In this document: in pieces, positions 34,400 to 43,880 of the stretch
Numbering within the stretch: the first letter of the stretch is position 1
How the letters are laid out: every line of letters begins with the position of its first letter
From: Ktedonobacterales bacterium
Lineage (GTDB): Bacteria; Chloroflexota; Ktedonobacteria; Ktedonobacterales; JADMIN01
Length of the DNA: 64,000 nucleotides
Reading direction: 5' to 3'
Assembly (NCBI GenBank): GCA_052143275.1
Contig: JBKQTH010000136.1
Location: 1,184 to 65,183 of the forward strand
Position numbers and translations under genes: made by a program
Notes under the pieces: generated by a model
Seen by the model: the letters and a program-made list of their open reading frames with translations, nothing else
Told to the model about the DNA's origin: nothing
The model's database searches: none

Positions 34400-35695
34400 T
34401 TAACCAGCGAATTCGCTGGGGTCGTCCAGGTGTGGCGTGAGATGCACTCCGGGTAGTGGAAATCGTGTCGCCAATGCTGTTGCTTGCTCGGCTATGCGTC
34501 TTACACCGTCGGGATCACCACGCAGGGCGATGGCGGTGTGAATCAATTCGGCAAGCTCATCCATTTGTGGAGAGCCGAAACCGCGTGTGGTAACTGCCGG
34601 AGTGCCTAACCGAACACCACTGGTTCGCACCGGCGGCTCCGGATCAAAAGGTATGCTATTCTTGTTTACCGTAATATGCACGGCGCCCAGAGCGTCTTCC
34701 GCCTCGCGACCAGTTACGCCTAGAGGGCGGACGTCGACAAGCATGAGATGGTTATCGGTACCGCCCGAAACCAGACGGAAGCCCTTCCCCTGTAGTCCTC
34801 TGGCCAGCGCCTGCGCATTGTCTATGACACGCTGCTGATACAGGCGAAAATCTGGGCTGGCTGCCTCTTTAAAGGCCACTGCCTTGGCGGCGATAGTGTT
34901 CATCAATGGGCCGCCCTGAGTCCCTGGGAAAACTCCCTTGTCAATCTTTCCGGCAAGTTCAGCGGTACAGAGGATGATAGCGCCACGGGGACCACGAAGT
35001 GTCTTATGGGTAGTTGTCGTCACAACCTGACAGTAGGGCACTGGGCTGGGATAGAGGCCAGCTACCACCAAACCGGCTACATGCGCAATGTCGGCCATGA
35101 GCAATGAGCCGACGTCATCGGCAATCTGGCGGAAGCGGGCAAAATCCAGTCTACGCGGATAGGCGGAGAAACCAGCAACTATCAGCTTTGGGTGATGCTC
35201 CTCCGCCAATCGCTGTAACTCATCATAATCGATGACCTCCGTTTCGCGATTGACACCGTACGGGATGAAATTATAGAGCTTACCCGAAAAGTTGACTTTG
35301 GAGCCGTGAGTTAGGTGCCCACCTTGATCCAGTGCCATGCCCAGCACGGTATCGCCTGGCTGTAAAAAGGCTAGGTAGACGGCAGCATTGGCCTGCGCAC
35401 CAGAGTGTGGCTGGACGTTGGCATGCTCGGCGCCAAAGAGCCGCTTGGCACGCTCGATGGCTACCTCTTCCGCCTGGTCCACGAACTCACAGCCACCATA
35501 GTATCGCTTACCCGGCAGTCCCTCAGCGTACTTGTTGGTCATCACATTCGCCATGGTCTCGGCGACCGCACTGCTCACGTAGTTCTCGGAAGCAATGAGC
35601 TCTATGCCCGTGAATTGACGCAGTTCTTCCCGCTTGATGATTTCGGCGATTTCTGGGTCGGTAGCTTCGAGATGACGCATGTCCATAGAATCCAT
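34400..35695 (-). CDS. glyA: Serine hydroxymethyltransferase
   Basis: [55 protein letters not shown] (PLP-binding Lys). Several close ATG starts (35695, 35686, 35680). Confidence 0.94.
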   Translation of the reverse strand: MDSMDMRHLEATDPEIAEIIKREELRQFTGIELIASENYVSSAVAETMANVMTNKYAEGLPGKRYYGGCEFVDQAEEVAIERAKRLFGAEHANVQPHSGAQANAAVYLAFLQPGDTVLGMALDQGGHLTHGSKVNFSGKLYNFIPYGVNRETEVIDYDELQRLAEEHHPKLIVAGFSAYPRRLDFARFRQIADDVGSLLMADIAHVAGLVVAGLYPSPVPYCQVVTTTTHKTLRGPRGAIILCTAELAGKIDKGVFPGTQGGPLMNTIAAKAVAFKEAASPDFRLYQQRVIDNAQALARGLQGKGFRLVSGGTDNHLMLVDVRPLGVTGREAEDALGAVHITVNKNSIPFDPEPPVRTSGVRLGTPAVTTRGFGSPQMDELAELIHTAIALRGDPDGVRRIAEQATALATRFPLPGVHLTPHLDDPSEFAG

Positions 35696-35791
35696 AGAGT
35701 CGCGCTGCCTTTCAAAAAGCGCTTTGCACATGCCAAGTCGCAGATGTCGTGTAGCTCGCCACGTACCTGATCTGCTTCCGCTGTATGCCAC

Positions 35792-35820
35792 TTTCCGGAG
35801 AGACTCTGTCTCTCCGGAAA
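35792..35820. repeat. Perfect 13-bp inverted repeat with a 3-nt loop (TTTCCGGAGAGAC-TCT-GTCTCTCCGGAAA) between the DUF4190 gene and glyA
   Basis: Read directly from the sequence. It lies in the 230-nt spacer upstream of glyA, and no U-tract follows it on either strand. Confidence 0.95.
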
Positions 35821-35925
35821 CATATAGGGAGCAATCACAGCAATGGCCAGGGTGCCGCTGGTGGCTAGTAGTATATCATCGCTGTGCGAGTGGCTGGTGA
35901 AAGCAATCCTACAGCCAGGTATCGC

Positions 35926-36378
35926 CTAGGAGGATCCGGCATTGCTGGCAGCAATGAGGGGCAAAATAAAGATGACAAGGAACACTATCCCGAGTAGCAC
36001 TACATTCCACGCGAGCCCTATATAGCCAATTATGATCCCAGCGTTGGCCAGACCCAACCCCTCTTCGGTTGTGCTTGCTTGCCTGATTTGGCTCCGAGCG
36101 ACATGGCCAAAGATGACGCCGAGAACCGAACCTATTAGGCCAAGTAGAATAAACCCGCCAATTGACAGAATCAGGCTCGCGATGGCAAATCCATTGGTTG
36201 AGGGCGCTACTGGACCTGGATAGTAGGGGTAGCCCGCCCCAAACTGCTGTGGTGGATAGGCTGGGTAGTATGGCGGTGGCGGAGAGGGAGGATATGGCAC
36301 CTGCCCACGATCTGGAGAAGAGTGCCCAAACGGCTGATTTCCTTCGGAATTGGAGTCCATCGGATTGCCCCCCATCAT
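35926..36378 (-). CDS. DUF4190-like membrane protein with a Pro/Tyr-rich N-terminus
   Basis: PYPPSPPPPYYPAYPPQQFGAGYPYYPGP is followed by two TM helices flanking GVIFGHVARSQIR, as in DUF4190. The overlapping ORF 35909-36391 is in the wrong frame. Confidence 0.7.
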   Translation of the reverse strand: MMGGNPMDSNSEGNQPFGHSSPDRGQVPYPPSPPPPYYPAYPPQQFGAGYPYYPGPVAPSTNGFAIASLILSIGGFILLGLIGSVLGVIFGHVARSQIRQASTTEEGLGLANAGIIIGYIGLAWNVVLLGIVFLVIFILPLIAASNAGSS

Positions 36379-36573
36379 AAACTGTTCGCACCGGACACTT
36401 ATCCCCTTTACGGGATAGAGAGGAAAGCGCCTCTCGTTACAAAACTGAACCGCAGGCGCTGCTGCCCAACAAGAGTCTGTGAAATATTAGACACCAGTAC
36501 ACATCATACGCCGATTTTCGGTATGGAGTTGCAGGAAGTGACCGCCCACGGTAGGAAAGGATAGGACTGCCGG

Positions 36574-36601
36574 TGGACTGGCCCCGTATGCGCGGTATAA
36601 T
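36574..36601 (+). promoter_or_regulatory. Sigma-70-like promoter candidate for the 36693 kinase gene
   Basis: TGGACT (36574-36579), 16-nt spacer, TATAAT (36596-36601), about 90 nt upstream of the ATG. Confidence 0.3.
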
Positions 36602-36692
36602 GGGTACGTGCTTGCCAAACGCCTACGCTGGATAGCGGTTTGATCGTTGCGCCATTCTATACTCTCTATGCTTTGTGAAAGGCTATGGTGAT

Positions 36693-38102
36693 ATGCAGGT
36701 TCGGCAGCTAGGCTCCTACGAGCTTATTCGGCGGCTGGGTGAAGGAGGTATGGCACGCGTCTATCTGGCGCGCGATGTACGTCTTGGCCGGGAAGTAGCT
36801 CTTAAAGTCCTGGAGCCGCAACTGGCTGAACGGCCCGGTTTTCGTGAGCGCTTTTTGAGAGAAGCGCGAGTTGCGGCCTCGCTGGACCATCCACATATCG
36901 TGCCGCTTTACGACTTTGGCGAATCAGACTCGCTACTCTATCTGGTCATGCCCTATGTCAGCGGCGGCAGTTTGCAGGATGTACTTAAGCGCGCTCCACT
37001 TCCGATTGGAGAAGCGGTAGCTTACGGGTCACAGATCGCCGATGCGCTGGACTATGCCCACCAGCGTAAGGTGATCCACCGGGACGTGAAGCCGGCCAAC
37101 ATGCTCCTACATGCTGATGGTCGCTTGATGCTTTCAGACTTCGGCTTGGCCAAGATCCTGGATAGGTCCCGCCCCAACGTTTCACGAGGACATCCTGACG
37201 CTGGAACACCGGAATACATGGCGCCGGAACAGATCGAAGGCCATACCGACGAACGCTCAGATGTCTATGCCCTTGGGGTAGTGCTCTACCTCTTGCTCAC
37301 CGGCCACCTGCCCTTTACCGGCTCGACATCGAGCGCGGTAATGGACGGGCATTTGTATCAGTTGCCTACGGGGCCACGCCATCTCAACCCAGTGGTGACT
37401 CCAGCCGTCCAGGCAGTGGTATTGCGGGCTCTAGCCAAGCATCCTGACGATCGCTATCAGCGAGCAGGTGATCTGAGCGCAGCACTTCTGGCGGCGTTGG
37501 TATCCGGCGACGCCGAGCCACTCCCCTTTTCGCTTGAGAGCGACGAGCGAAGCGCTGCCGGCTCGCTACCTACACCGCAGATCTCTATTACCCCACATCT
37601 GGTGACCAGACCGCATTCTCCGCCTGCTCCCTTGCCCTGGGAAATCCCTGATTGGGAGGCGGCGGCACCTGGGCATTCAGGAGTGTCTGCAAGTCCAATC
37701 AGTGGTATCCTCAACACCAACGACCCGCTAAGTGACCTTCCCAGTCAAGGACTGGGGAGAATCTCTCCAGGCATACCGGCGGGTACGGCGGCTTTGGGAA
37801 CTTCAGCGTCACCATTGGTTTCGGAGGCGACGTACGGTCGCTCGCTGTTACCAGCTTCGGGTCGCCTTTCCATTCCTGAGACCTCGGCAACTCCAGTACA
37901 ATTATCCGGGCCTCTCAAGAGTATCTCTCGTGTGAGCAGACCATACCCGGTGGCTCCCTCGCGGGCGATGTCAACCGCATCCTCACCTCCGGCCCGCAGA
38001 CGGATGTGGCCTAAAATCTGGCTATGGATGATCATTGCCCTGATGCTGGCGTTGCTTGTCCTGACTATACTGCTCCGCCTCCGTCCGTTCTCTTTCGCGT
38101 GA
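36693..38102 (+). CDS. Hanks-type Ser/Thr protein kinase, C-terminally tail-anchored
   Basis: LGEGGMARVYLA...VALKVL, HRDVKPANMLL, DFGLAK, GTPEYMAPEQ. A long S/P-rich linker is followed by a single C-terminal TM helix, IWLWMIIALMLALLVLTILL. Residues follow the helix. Confidence 0.9.
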   Translation: MQVRQLGSYELIRRLGEGGMARVYLARDVRLGREVALKVLEPQLAERPGFRERFLREARVAASLDHPHIVPLYDFGESDSLLYLVMPYVSGGSLQDVLKRAPLPIGEAVAYGSQIADALDYAHQRKVIHRDVKPANMLLHADGRLMLSDFGLAKILDRSRPNVSRGHPDAGTPEYMAPEQIEGHTDERSDVYALGVVLYLLLTGHLPFTGSTSSAVMDGHLYQLPTGPRHLNPVVTPAVQAVVLRALAKHPDDRYQRAGDLSAALLAALVSGDAEPLPFSLESDERSAAGSLPTPQISITPHLVTRPHSPPAPLPWEIPDWEAAAPGHSGVSASPISGILNTNDPLSDLPSQGLGRISPGIPAGTAALGTSASPLVSEATYGRSLLPASGRLSIPETSATPVQLSGPLKSISRVSRPYPVAPSRAMSTASSPPARRRMWPKIWLWMIIALMLALLVLTILLRLRPFSFA

Positions 38103-38214
38103 GAAAACTGGTCTGCGACTTGACGAAAGTCGGATGGCCTCATACAATGTGCCCCAGGCCGGTCGCTTCTCTCGGGCCTTGCGGGACAGGGTACACAAAG
38201 TAGGATTCTAGAGC

Positions 38215-39735
38215 ATGCTAGCCACCAGGCGGAGCCAACGCCGCATTCGACTCAAAGGTACCCTAGAATTTGGGGCGCACGCCTGTCGTCTCGCGGCGGC
38301 GGCACTGCTTGCCCTTGTGGCATTTGCCCTCCTCCTGTTGGCCGACGCCAGTGGCACCGTGCCGCCTTCACTGTCTCCAGTGCATGCAGTGGCAGTCCAT
38401 GCCCAGCCTAAGGTTATGCCAACCGATACACCAACGGCTACCTCAACTGCCACCCCAACCAAAACTGCCACCCCAACCAAAACTGCCACCCCAACCAACA
38501 CAGTTGCCGTGACACCGCCAAGCATCACCGTAGTAAGTCCAGCAAGCGGTACTGGACCGGTAGGCGCGCATGTAACCATAGTAGGCTCTAACTTCACCAG
38601 CGCCAGCACGCACGTATTCGGATCTTCAAAGTCTGACTGTTCACAGTCGGATGGAACGCTCACGACGGTCAACGCGAGCGGTGGAAGTGTCAGCGCAACG
38701 TTTATCTGGCCGGTTTCCTTCGCTGTAGGCACGTACTATATCTGTGCCGACGGCATGACCGATTCCAGCGCCTCCTATCAGGTCCTCACGTCACTACCGC
38801 CTACCCTGAGTCTGTCGACGTTATCGGTAGAGGTTGGCCAGCCGCTCCACATACAAGGCAGCAACTTTGTTGGTCTACCCGCGGGCGCCGCGGTCTCCCT
38901 GACCGAAAGTGCCGCAGAGGCTAGCGGGGCAGGAACACTACAAACGTTGCCGGTCAATGGTGTCATTGACAGCAACGGTAGCTTTAGCGTGACCTGGACA
39001 GTGCAGGCCCCCCAAACTGGTGCGGCCACGATCAAGGCCTATGCCGGATTCGTCGGTTCATCTCCGGCGGCCTTGCAGGCAAGTGCCTCGGTGACGATTC
39101 AGCTGGCCGCTACCGCAACCGTTGCACCCAGTCCAACGGCGATACCTACCGCTGTAGGCAATTCTGCTACTACCTCGCCTCCTTCATCCGGCAACTCGGC
39201 TAATCCCCTGGGATTGATCATTCTCCTGGTCATCGGAATCATCATTTCCATGTTGGCCATAGTCGGCATCGTCGTCTACCTGATCCGCCGCCGAGTTCCC
39301 GGAAGCCACCAGAGACCGGAACCAGGCTACAACGGCTACGGCGATCCGGCGCTACCGCAGTCTCCGTACGGCGGTGGACCGGTAGGCCTCTTCTCCTCTA
39401 GCGGAAAGTACACCTGGCCTCACGCCTCCGGGCAGGTCTTCTCGCGGCCGGAAGATCCCGACTCACAACCTGGACCAGACTGGCAGCCGCGACCAATGAG
39501 CGGCTACTATCCCGCATACGACCCCACGCAGCTCCTCCCCTACTCAAGTCAGTATGACCCTGCCTACGGCCAGAATACAGAGCAGCAGGCTCCACAAGAT
39601 CCTTGGCACGATCCGCATGCCGACTATGGGACCTATCCCCATGCAAACGAAGAACGGCACAATAGGGGCATCCCGCCAGACCCGGATGACGACCAGTGGC
39701 CTGATCTCGGCAGCAACAGTTGGGGCCAGCAGTAG
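38215..39735 (+). CDS. Surface/membrane protein with IPT/TIG-like Ig-fold domains, one TM helix and a Pro/Tyr/Gln-rich cytoplasmic tail
   Basis: N-terminal signal/TM, then (TATPTK)n, then PSITVVSPASGTGPVGAHVTIVGSNF (IPT/TIG-like), a second similar unit, the TM helix LGLIILLVIGIIISMLAIVGIVVYLI, and the tail YNGYGDPALPQSPYGGGP...YYPAYDP. Confidence 0.72.
   Translation: MLATRRSQRRIRLKGTLEFGAHACRLAAAALLALVAFALLLLADASGTVPPSLSPVHAVAVHAQPKVMPTDTPTATSTATPTKTATPTKTATPTNTVAVTPPSITVVSPASGTGPVGAHVTIVGSNFTSASTHVFGSSKSDCSQSDGTLTTVNASGGSVSATFIWPVSFAVGTYYICADGMTDSSASYQVLTSLPPTLSLSTLSVEVGQPLHIQGSNFVGLPAGAAVSLTESAAEASGAGTLQTLPVNGVIDSNGSFSVTWTVQAPQTGAATIKAYAGFVGSSPAALQASASVTIQLAATATVAPSPTAIPTAVGNSATTSPPSSGNSANPLGLIILLVIGIIISMLAIVGIVVYLIRRRVPGSHQRPEPGYNGYGDPALPQSPYGGGPVGLFSSSGKYTWPHASGQVFSRPEDPDSQPGPDWQPRPMSGYYPAYDPTQLLPYSSQYDPAYGQNTEQQAPQDPWHDPHADYGTYPHANEERHNRGIPPDPDDDQWPDLGSNSWGQQ
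38446..38499 (+). repeat. Three tandem 18-nt repeats (ACTGCCACCCCAACCAAA) encoding (TATPTK)3
   Basis: Read directly. The third copy has one mismatch. The repeat lies inside the 38215-39735 CDS. Confidence 0.95.
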
Positions 39736-40090
39736 GGCTCGAGGCCGGCGGTAACGGCATACAAGGCATGACCACCGGTGCGGTCCTTGCACTCGTCTGT
39801 TAAAATGTCGTACACAGCGTATCGCCACCCGAATGCCGCACGAGCTGGGGAGAGCATGCACCGCCCGGTTGTTTTGGGAGGGACACAAAGGAGGCGTAGG
39901 TAAATCCCTGGATCTCGTCCGCCAGTGTCTTGTGTGAGATTTGAGCACCAGAGCGCGTATATCACTATAAGCCCAGGTGCTGTTTCTCTAGAGCGGGCTA
40001 AATATGTATGGTGCGCACATCCCCAGCGCACTCGACCCGGGTAGCGATATGTGTCGTATTGTGCTCATCATTTGGAGGTGCGGTTAATCT

Positions 40091-41380
40091 ATGCCCCGAA
40101 TTCTAAAAGCCATTGCCAAGGGATCGCTTATCCCTATAGCAGCACTACTTGTGTTAGTGCTGTCCTTATCCGCCTGTGGTAGTAGTAGTTCGACTGGCAC
40201 GTCCGCCAACAAGAACCTCGAAATCGCAACGCTCTTTGCCACGTCGTCCACTGACGGCGCCGACCAGCTGCCGGCGCAGTATGCTGTTGATCTGGCCGTG
40301 AGCCAGGCCAAATTACCCGATGGGTATAAACTGAGCGTGGTACACGAAAACTATGAGAGTACTAATGGTAGTGGCCCGGATACCGGCATCGCCGCCACTG
40401 AAGCCACTGCCTTGGTCGCCAATTCCAGTGTGATGGGCATAGTCGGCCCATTCAACAGCGGCATCGCCAAAGTGACGATTCCGATCATCAACCAGGCTGG
40501 CCTGGTCATGATCAGCCCGACCAACACCAATCCCGGACTGACCATTGAGTCCCAGGCGGCGGCTAATGGAATCAGCTGGACCCTGCTTCACCCGGCCGGC
40601 TTGCCGGACGCTTACTTCCGCACCTGTGGCAACGACATCACCCAGGGCGCAGTAGACGCGACAGTTGCCACCAGCGCGCCAATCAGCGCCACATCCGCCT
40701 TCGTGGTTGATGACGACACCGTCTATGGCGTGGGTCTGGCGAATTTCTTCACCACCTCGTTTACCGCCGATGGTGGCCATGCGGTCGGCTCCCGCACGCA
40801 CATTACCTCCTCGCAGGTCAGCAACCTTTCCTCGCTCGCCTCGACCATTGCGTCACTCAATCCTAATATCGTCTTCTATGGTGGCGTCACCTCCGGTGGT
40901 GGCGGCGCCCTGAAGAAGGACCTGGTGGCTGATGGCTACACCAAGCCGATGGTTGGCGGCGACGGCATCGCCGATGACCCATCTTTCCTGACGACAGCTG
41001 GCAGCGCCGCTGGTAACACTTTTGGCAGTGTTGCCGCTCCAGATACCTCGACGCTGACGACTTCGGCGGCGCTTGCGTTCAAGAACGACTACACCACCTA
41101 TGTCGCCGGCATGCCCAACAACCAGCTATTGCCGTACAGCACGATGTCCTACGACGTAGCCAATATCGAGATCCAGGCGATCACTGACGCCATCAACTCC
41201 GGTAAACCGGTTACCCGAGCCGCCGTGCTCAGCGCGGTCTCCAGCATCCACTACGATGGATTGACGGGCAACATCTACTTCAATGCGCAAGGCGACAACG
41301 CCGGTCAGAAGGTGTTCAGCATTTACGGAGTTAGCCCGACGACGAACATGTGGGTCTTCGTGACCCAGGTCAATGGTTGA
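40091..41380 (+). CDS. ABC transporter substrate-binding lipoprotein, branched-chain amino acid (LivJ/K, Peripla_BP_6) type
   Basis: Lipobox LSLSACGSS. GIVGPFNSGIA and ISPTNTNP are typical of the family. Liv-type permease and ATPase genes follow. Confidence 0.86.
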   Translation: MPRILKAIAKGSLIPIAALLVLVLSLSACGSSSSTGTSANKNLEIATLFATSSTDGADQLPAQYAVDLAVSQAKLPDGYKLSVVHENYESTNGSGPDTGIAATEATALVANSSVMGIVGPFNSGIAKVTIPIINQAGLVMISPTNTNPGLTIESQAAANGISWTLLHPAGLPDAYFRTCGNDITQGAVDATVATSAPISATSAFVVDDDTVYGVGLANFFTTSFTADGGHAVGSRTHITSSQVSNLSSLASTIASLNPNIVFYGGVTSGGGGALKKDLVADGYTKPMVGGDGIADDPSFLTTAGSAAGNTFGSVAAPDTSTLTTSAALAFKNDYTTYVAGMPNNQLLPYSTMSYDVANIEIQAITDAINSGKPVTRAAVLSAVSSIHYDGLTGNIYFNAQGDNAGQKVFSIYGVSPTTNMWVFVTQVNG

Positions 41381-41444
41381 TGGTAGGATCGGCTACCCTC
41401 GTCTAGCCTTTCTTATCGATTGTCCCCGAACGATCGGGTAGTAC

Positions 41445-41474
41445 GGAGCAGGCCTTCACATTGGGGCCTGCTCC
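41445..41474 (+). terminator. Strong hairpin after the binding-protein gene (intra-operon attenuator or terminator candidate)
   Basis: 10-bp stem GGAGCAGGCC/GGCCTGCTCC with a 10-nt loop, 65 nt after the stop. No clear U-tract follows (TGCTATAC). Confidence 0.4.
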
Positions 41475-41630
41475 TGCTATACTCTGATCCACCCAGAGCG
41501 CGCGGAGGTATGGGCCTCTGCCACCTATTCGCGACGCCGGACTCTAGAGGCATGTAAACATGGCAAACATGCGGCCATGCACAAGTCCTCCTCGTAGATA
41601 GGTCTCACAGTAGTAGAAGGGCGGATACGT

Positions 41631-42587
41631 GTGCTCACGCTGGCCTCGCTGCTCGCCGGTGGCAGCAGTAATATCTTTCTGCAACAGATCGAGAACGGTA
41701 TCACCCTGGGCGCGATGTATGCCCTGGTTGCGCTGGGGTACACTCTGGTTTACGGCATTATCGAGCTGATAAACTTCGCACATGGCGATGTCTTTATGTG
41801 GAGCACCGTCGTCACCTTCGTCGTCGTGGAGAGACTAGGCGTGACCAACGTACCAGCGACCGGAATTGCCGTGGTGGGACTGCTGGTACTGCTGCTCGTC
41901 ATCGGCATGGGGATCTCCGGTTTTCTGAATGCGGGCATCGAGCGCGTGGCCTACCGCCGCCTGCGCAAAGCGCCGCGCCTGGCGCCGCTGATCGCGGCTA
42001 TTGGCGCCTCATTTATCCTCGAAACGGTTGTGGCGCTCTGGCAGGGCACCAATTTCTATTCTTTCCCAACCATCTTCCCAACTGGTAGCTTTAACGTCTT
42101 CGGCGCCAGAGTCACCTATCTGGATATCTTCATCGTGATCCTGTCCGTCGGGTTAATGTATGGCCTGGCCACTTTCATCAATACCAGCAGGCTCGGCCGC
42201 GCGATGCGGGCTACCGCCCAGGATCCTGAGGCGGCGGCTTTGATGGGAGTAAATATCAACCAGACGATCTCGGTAACATTCCTGATCGGTGGCGCGCTGG
42301 CCGGCGCCGCCGGAGTCGTCTATAACATGTATGTTGGCCAGGTCTGGTTTCTCACCGGCTTCCAGCTCGGCCTGATCGCGTTCACCGCCGCCGTGCTTGG
42401 TGGTATCGGCAATATCTACGGCGCTGTTCTGGGCGGCTTCTTGATTGGCTTGATCGACTCACTGGCGATACAGTACCTGCCTGATGGGTTTGCCTGGAGT
42501 CTCGCGGTAGTGTTTGCCATTCTGGTACTTATCCTCGTGTTCAGGCCTTCTGGCCTACTGGGCCAGCGAGTTCCAGATAAGGTGTAG
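41631..42587 (+). CDS. livH: Branched-chain amino acid ABC transporter permease (LivH type)
   Basis: FLQQIENGITLGAMYALVALGYTLVYGIIELINFAHGD is the hallmark LivH N-terminus. GTG start. Confidence 0.9.
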   Translation: MLTLASLLAGGSSNIFLQQIENGITLGAMYALVALGYTLVYGIIELINFAHGDVFMWSTVVTFVVVERLGVTNVPATGIAVVGLLVLLLVIGMGISGFLNAGIERVAYRRLRKAPRLAPLIAAIGASFILETVVALWQGTNFYSFPTIFPTGSFNVFGARVTYLDIFIVILSVGLMYGLATFINTSRLGRAMRATAQDPEAAALMGVNINQTISVTFLIGGALAGAAGVVYNMYVGQVWFLTGFQLGLIAFTAAVLGGIGNIYGAVLGGFLIGLIDSLAIQYLPDGFAWSLAVVFAILVLILVFRPSGLLGQRVPDKV

Positions 42588-42597
42588 GGGGAGGCGT

Positions 42598-43878
42598 ATG
42601 AGCACCAACAACCTCAGCGCGCTGAAGCGTAGAAGTACAACTAACCTCAGCGCCCTAATGGACAGCAAGCTAGCGGGTCGACAAGTGCGCTGGTATCTTG
42701 CCGGCTGGCGTTTTGGCATCATCATGGTGGTAGTCTCGATCTTCCTGCCATTTCTCCTGTATCAAATAGATCCTAGCCTCATTCCGGCCGCTATAGGCGT
42801 CGGGATTTACGTTATCCTGGCGCTGGGATTGAATATCGTCGTAGGCTACGCCGGTCTCCTGGATCTTGGCTATGTCGCGTTCTTCGTGATCGGCTCGTAT
42901 ACGGTTGCGGTTGGCACTGGTGGCATCCTCCAGAGCGCTCAGGACAAGGTGGTCGTCATCCCCAGCACCAGCTTCTGGGTATTGTTACCGGTGGCTGCCC
43001 TCGTAGCAGGCCTGTTCGGCGTGCTGCTTGGCGCACCTACGCTCCGCCTCCGTGGCGACTATCTGGCTATCGTGACGCTCGGCTTTGGCGAGATCGTGCC
43101 CATTGTCTTCCAGAACGTGCCCTACTTCTTTGGCGCATTCGGGATGAGCGCCTTCCCGCCTACCGATGTTGGCCCCATCCGGTTCGGTGATCCACTCGAT
43201 GAATTCCCTTTCTACTACCTGGTACTGGCACTGGTGGTGATCGTGATTCTGGGAGTGACGTCGTTACGTGGCTCGAGCATCGGCCGCGCCTGGATTGCCA
43301 TACGCGAAGATGAGACAGCCGCCGCCGTCTCCGGCGTCAACCTGGTGCGAACCAAACTACTGGCATTTGGCCTGGGCGCGCTGGTTGGCGGTATTGGCGG
43401 CGCGCTGAATGCCAGCTTCGTTACCACGATTGCTCCAAGCGATTTCAGCTTCAACATCTCGATTACGGTTCTGGTCATGATCGTGCTTGGTGGCCTGGGA
43501 AGCATTCCCGGCGTCATACTTGGCGCGGTTATTCTGCGTTTCATTGACATCTACCTGCTCAATCAAATTAATGTTTCCTTGCATGCCAGCTCATTGGTCG
43601 CCGACAATGGTGGCGCGCTACACTTCCTCAATAACGTGGACCTCGGCACCGCCAAATTCCTGATCTACGGGTTGGTGCTGCTCTCCATGATACTGCTGCG
43701 TCCTCAGGGGCTAATACCGGACGTCCGTCGCAAGCGCGAGCTACAGGGTATCGGCGCCTCGGCAGAGTCGGCGTCGGCAGTTGGCCTCTTCGAGCGCGCA
43801 GAGGCTAGCCTGGAAATGGAAGGTGGCGAGACGACCTTTGCCGGGGCCGGCTCGGACGCTGAAGGGCGGGAGGGCTGA
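42598..43878 (+). CDS. livM: Branched-chain amino acid ABC transporter permease (LivM type)
   Basis: LALGLNIVVGYAGLLDLGYVAFFVIGSY, LRLRGDYLAIVTLGFGEI, AIREDETAA. The ATG at 42598 has GGGGGAGG upstream. Confidence 0.9.
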   Translation: MSTNNLSALKRRSTTNLSALMDSKLAGRQVRWYLAGWRFGIIMVVVSIFLPFLLYQIDPSLIPAAIGVGIYVILALGLNIVVGYAGLLDLGYVAFFVIGSYTVAVGTGGILQSAQDKVVVIPSTSFWVLLPVAALVAGLFGVLLGAPTLRLRGDYLAIVTLGFGEIVPIVFQNVPYFFGAFGMSAFPPTDVGPIRFGDPLDEFPFYYLVLALVVIVILGVTSLRGSSIGRAWIAIREDETAAAVSGVNLVRTKLLAFGLGALVGGIGGALNASFVTTIAPSDFSFNISITVLVMIVLGGLGSIPGVILGAVILRFIDIYLLNQINVSLHASSLVADNGGALHFLNNVDLGTAKFLIYGLVLLSMILLRPQGLIPDVRRKRELQGIGASAESASAVGLFERAEASLEMEGGETTFAGAGSDAEGREG

Positions 43879-43880
43879 CG

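Noticed and set aside
35696-35925. Possible ZTP (pfl) or THF riboswitch in the glyA leader
   Set aside because: Neither the GACTGGCG / CCGCCTGGGC ZTP signatures nor anything resembling them is present on the transcribed strand. Only the palindrome at 35792-35820 stands out.
35909-36391. 160-aa ORF overlapping the DUF4190 gene in another frame on the same strand
   Set aside because: The alternative frame (35926-36378) gives clean TM helices and a DUF4190-like core, whereas this frame gives Arg/Trp/Ser-rich sequence.
38208-38732. 174-aa minus-strand ORF
   Set aside because: It is antisense to the 5' end of the IPT/TIG gene. The repeated VGVAVLVG pattern is simply the complement of the TATPTK repeats.
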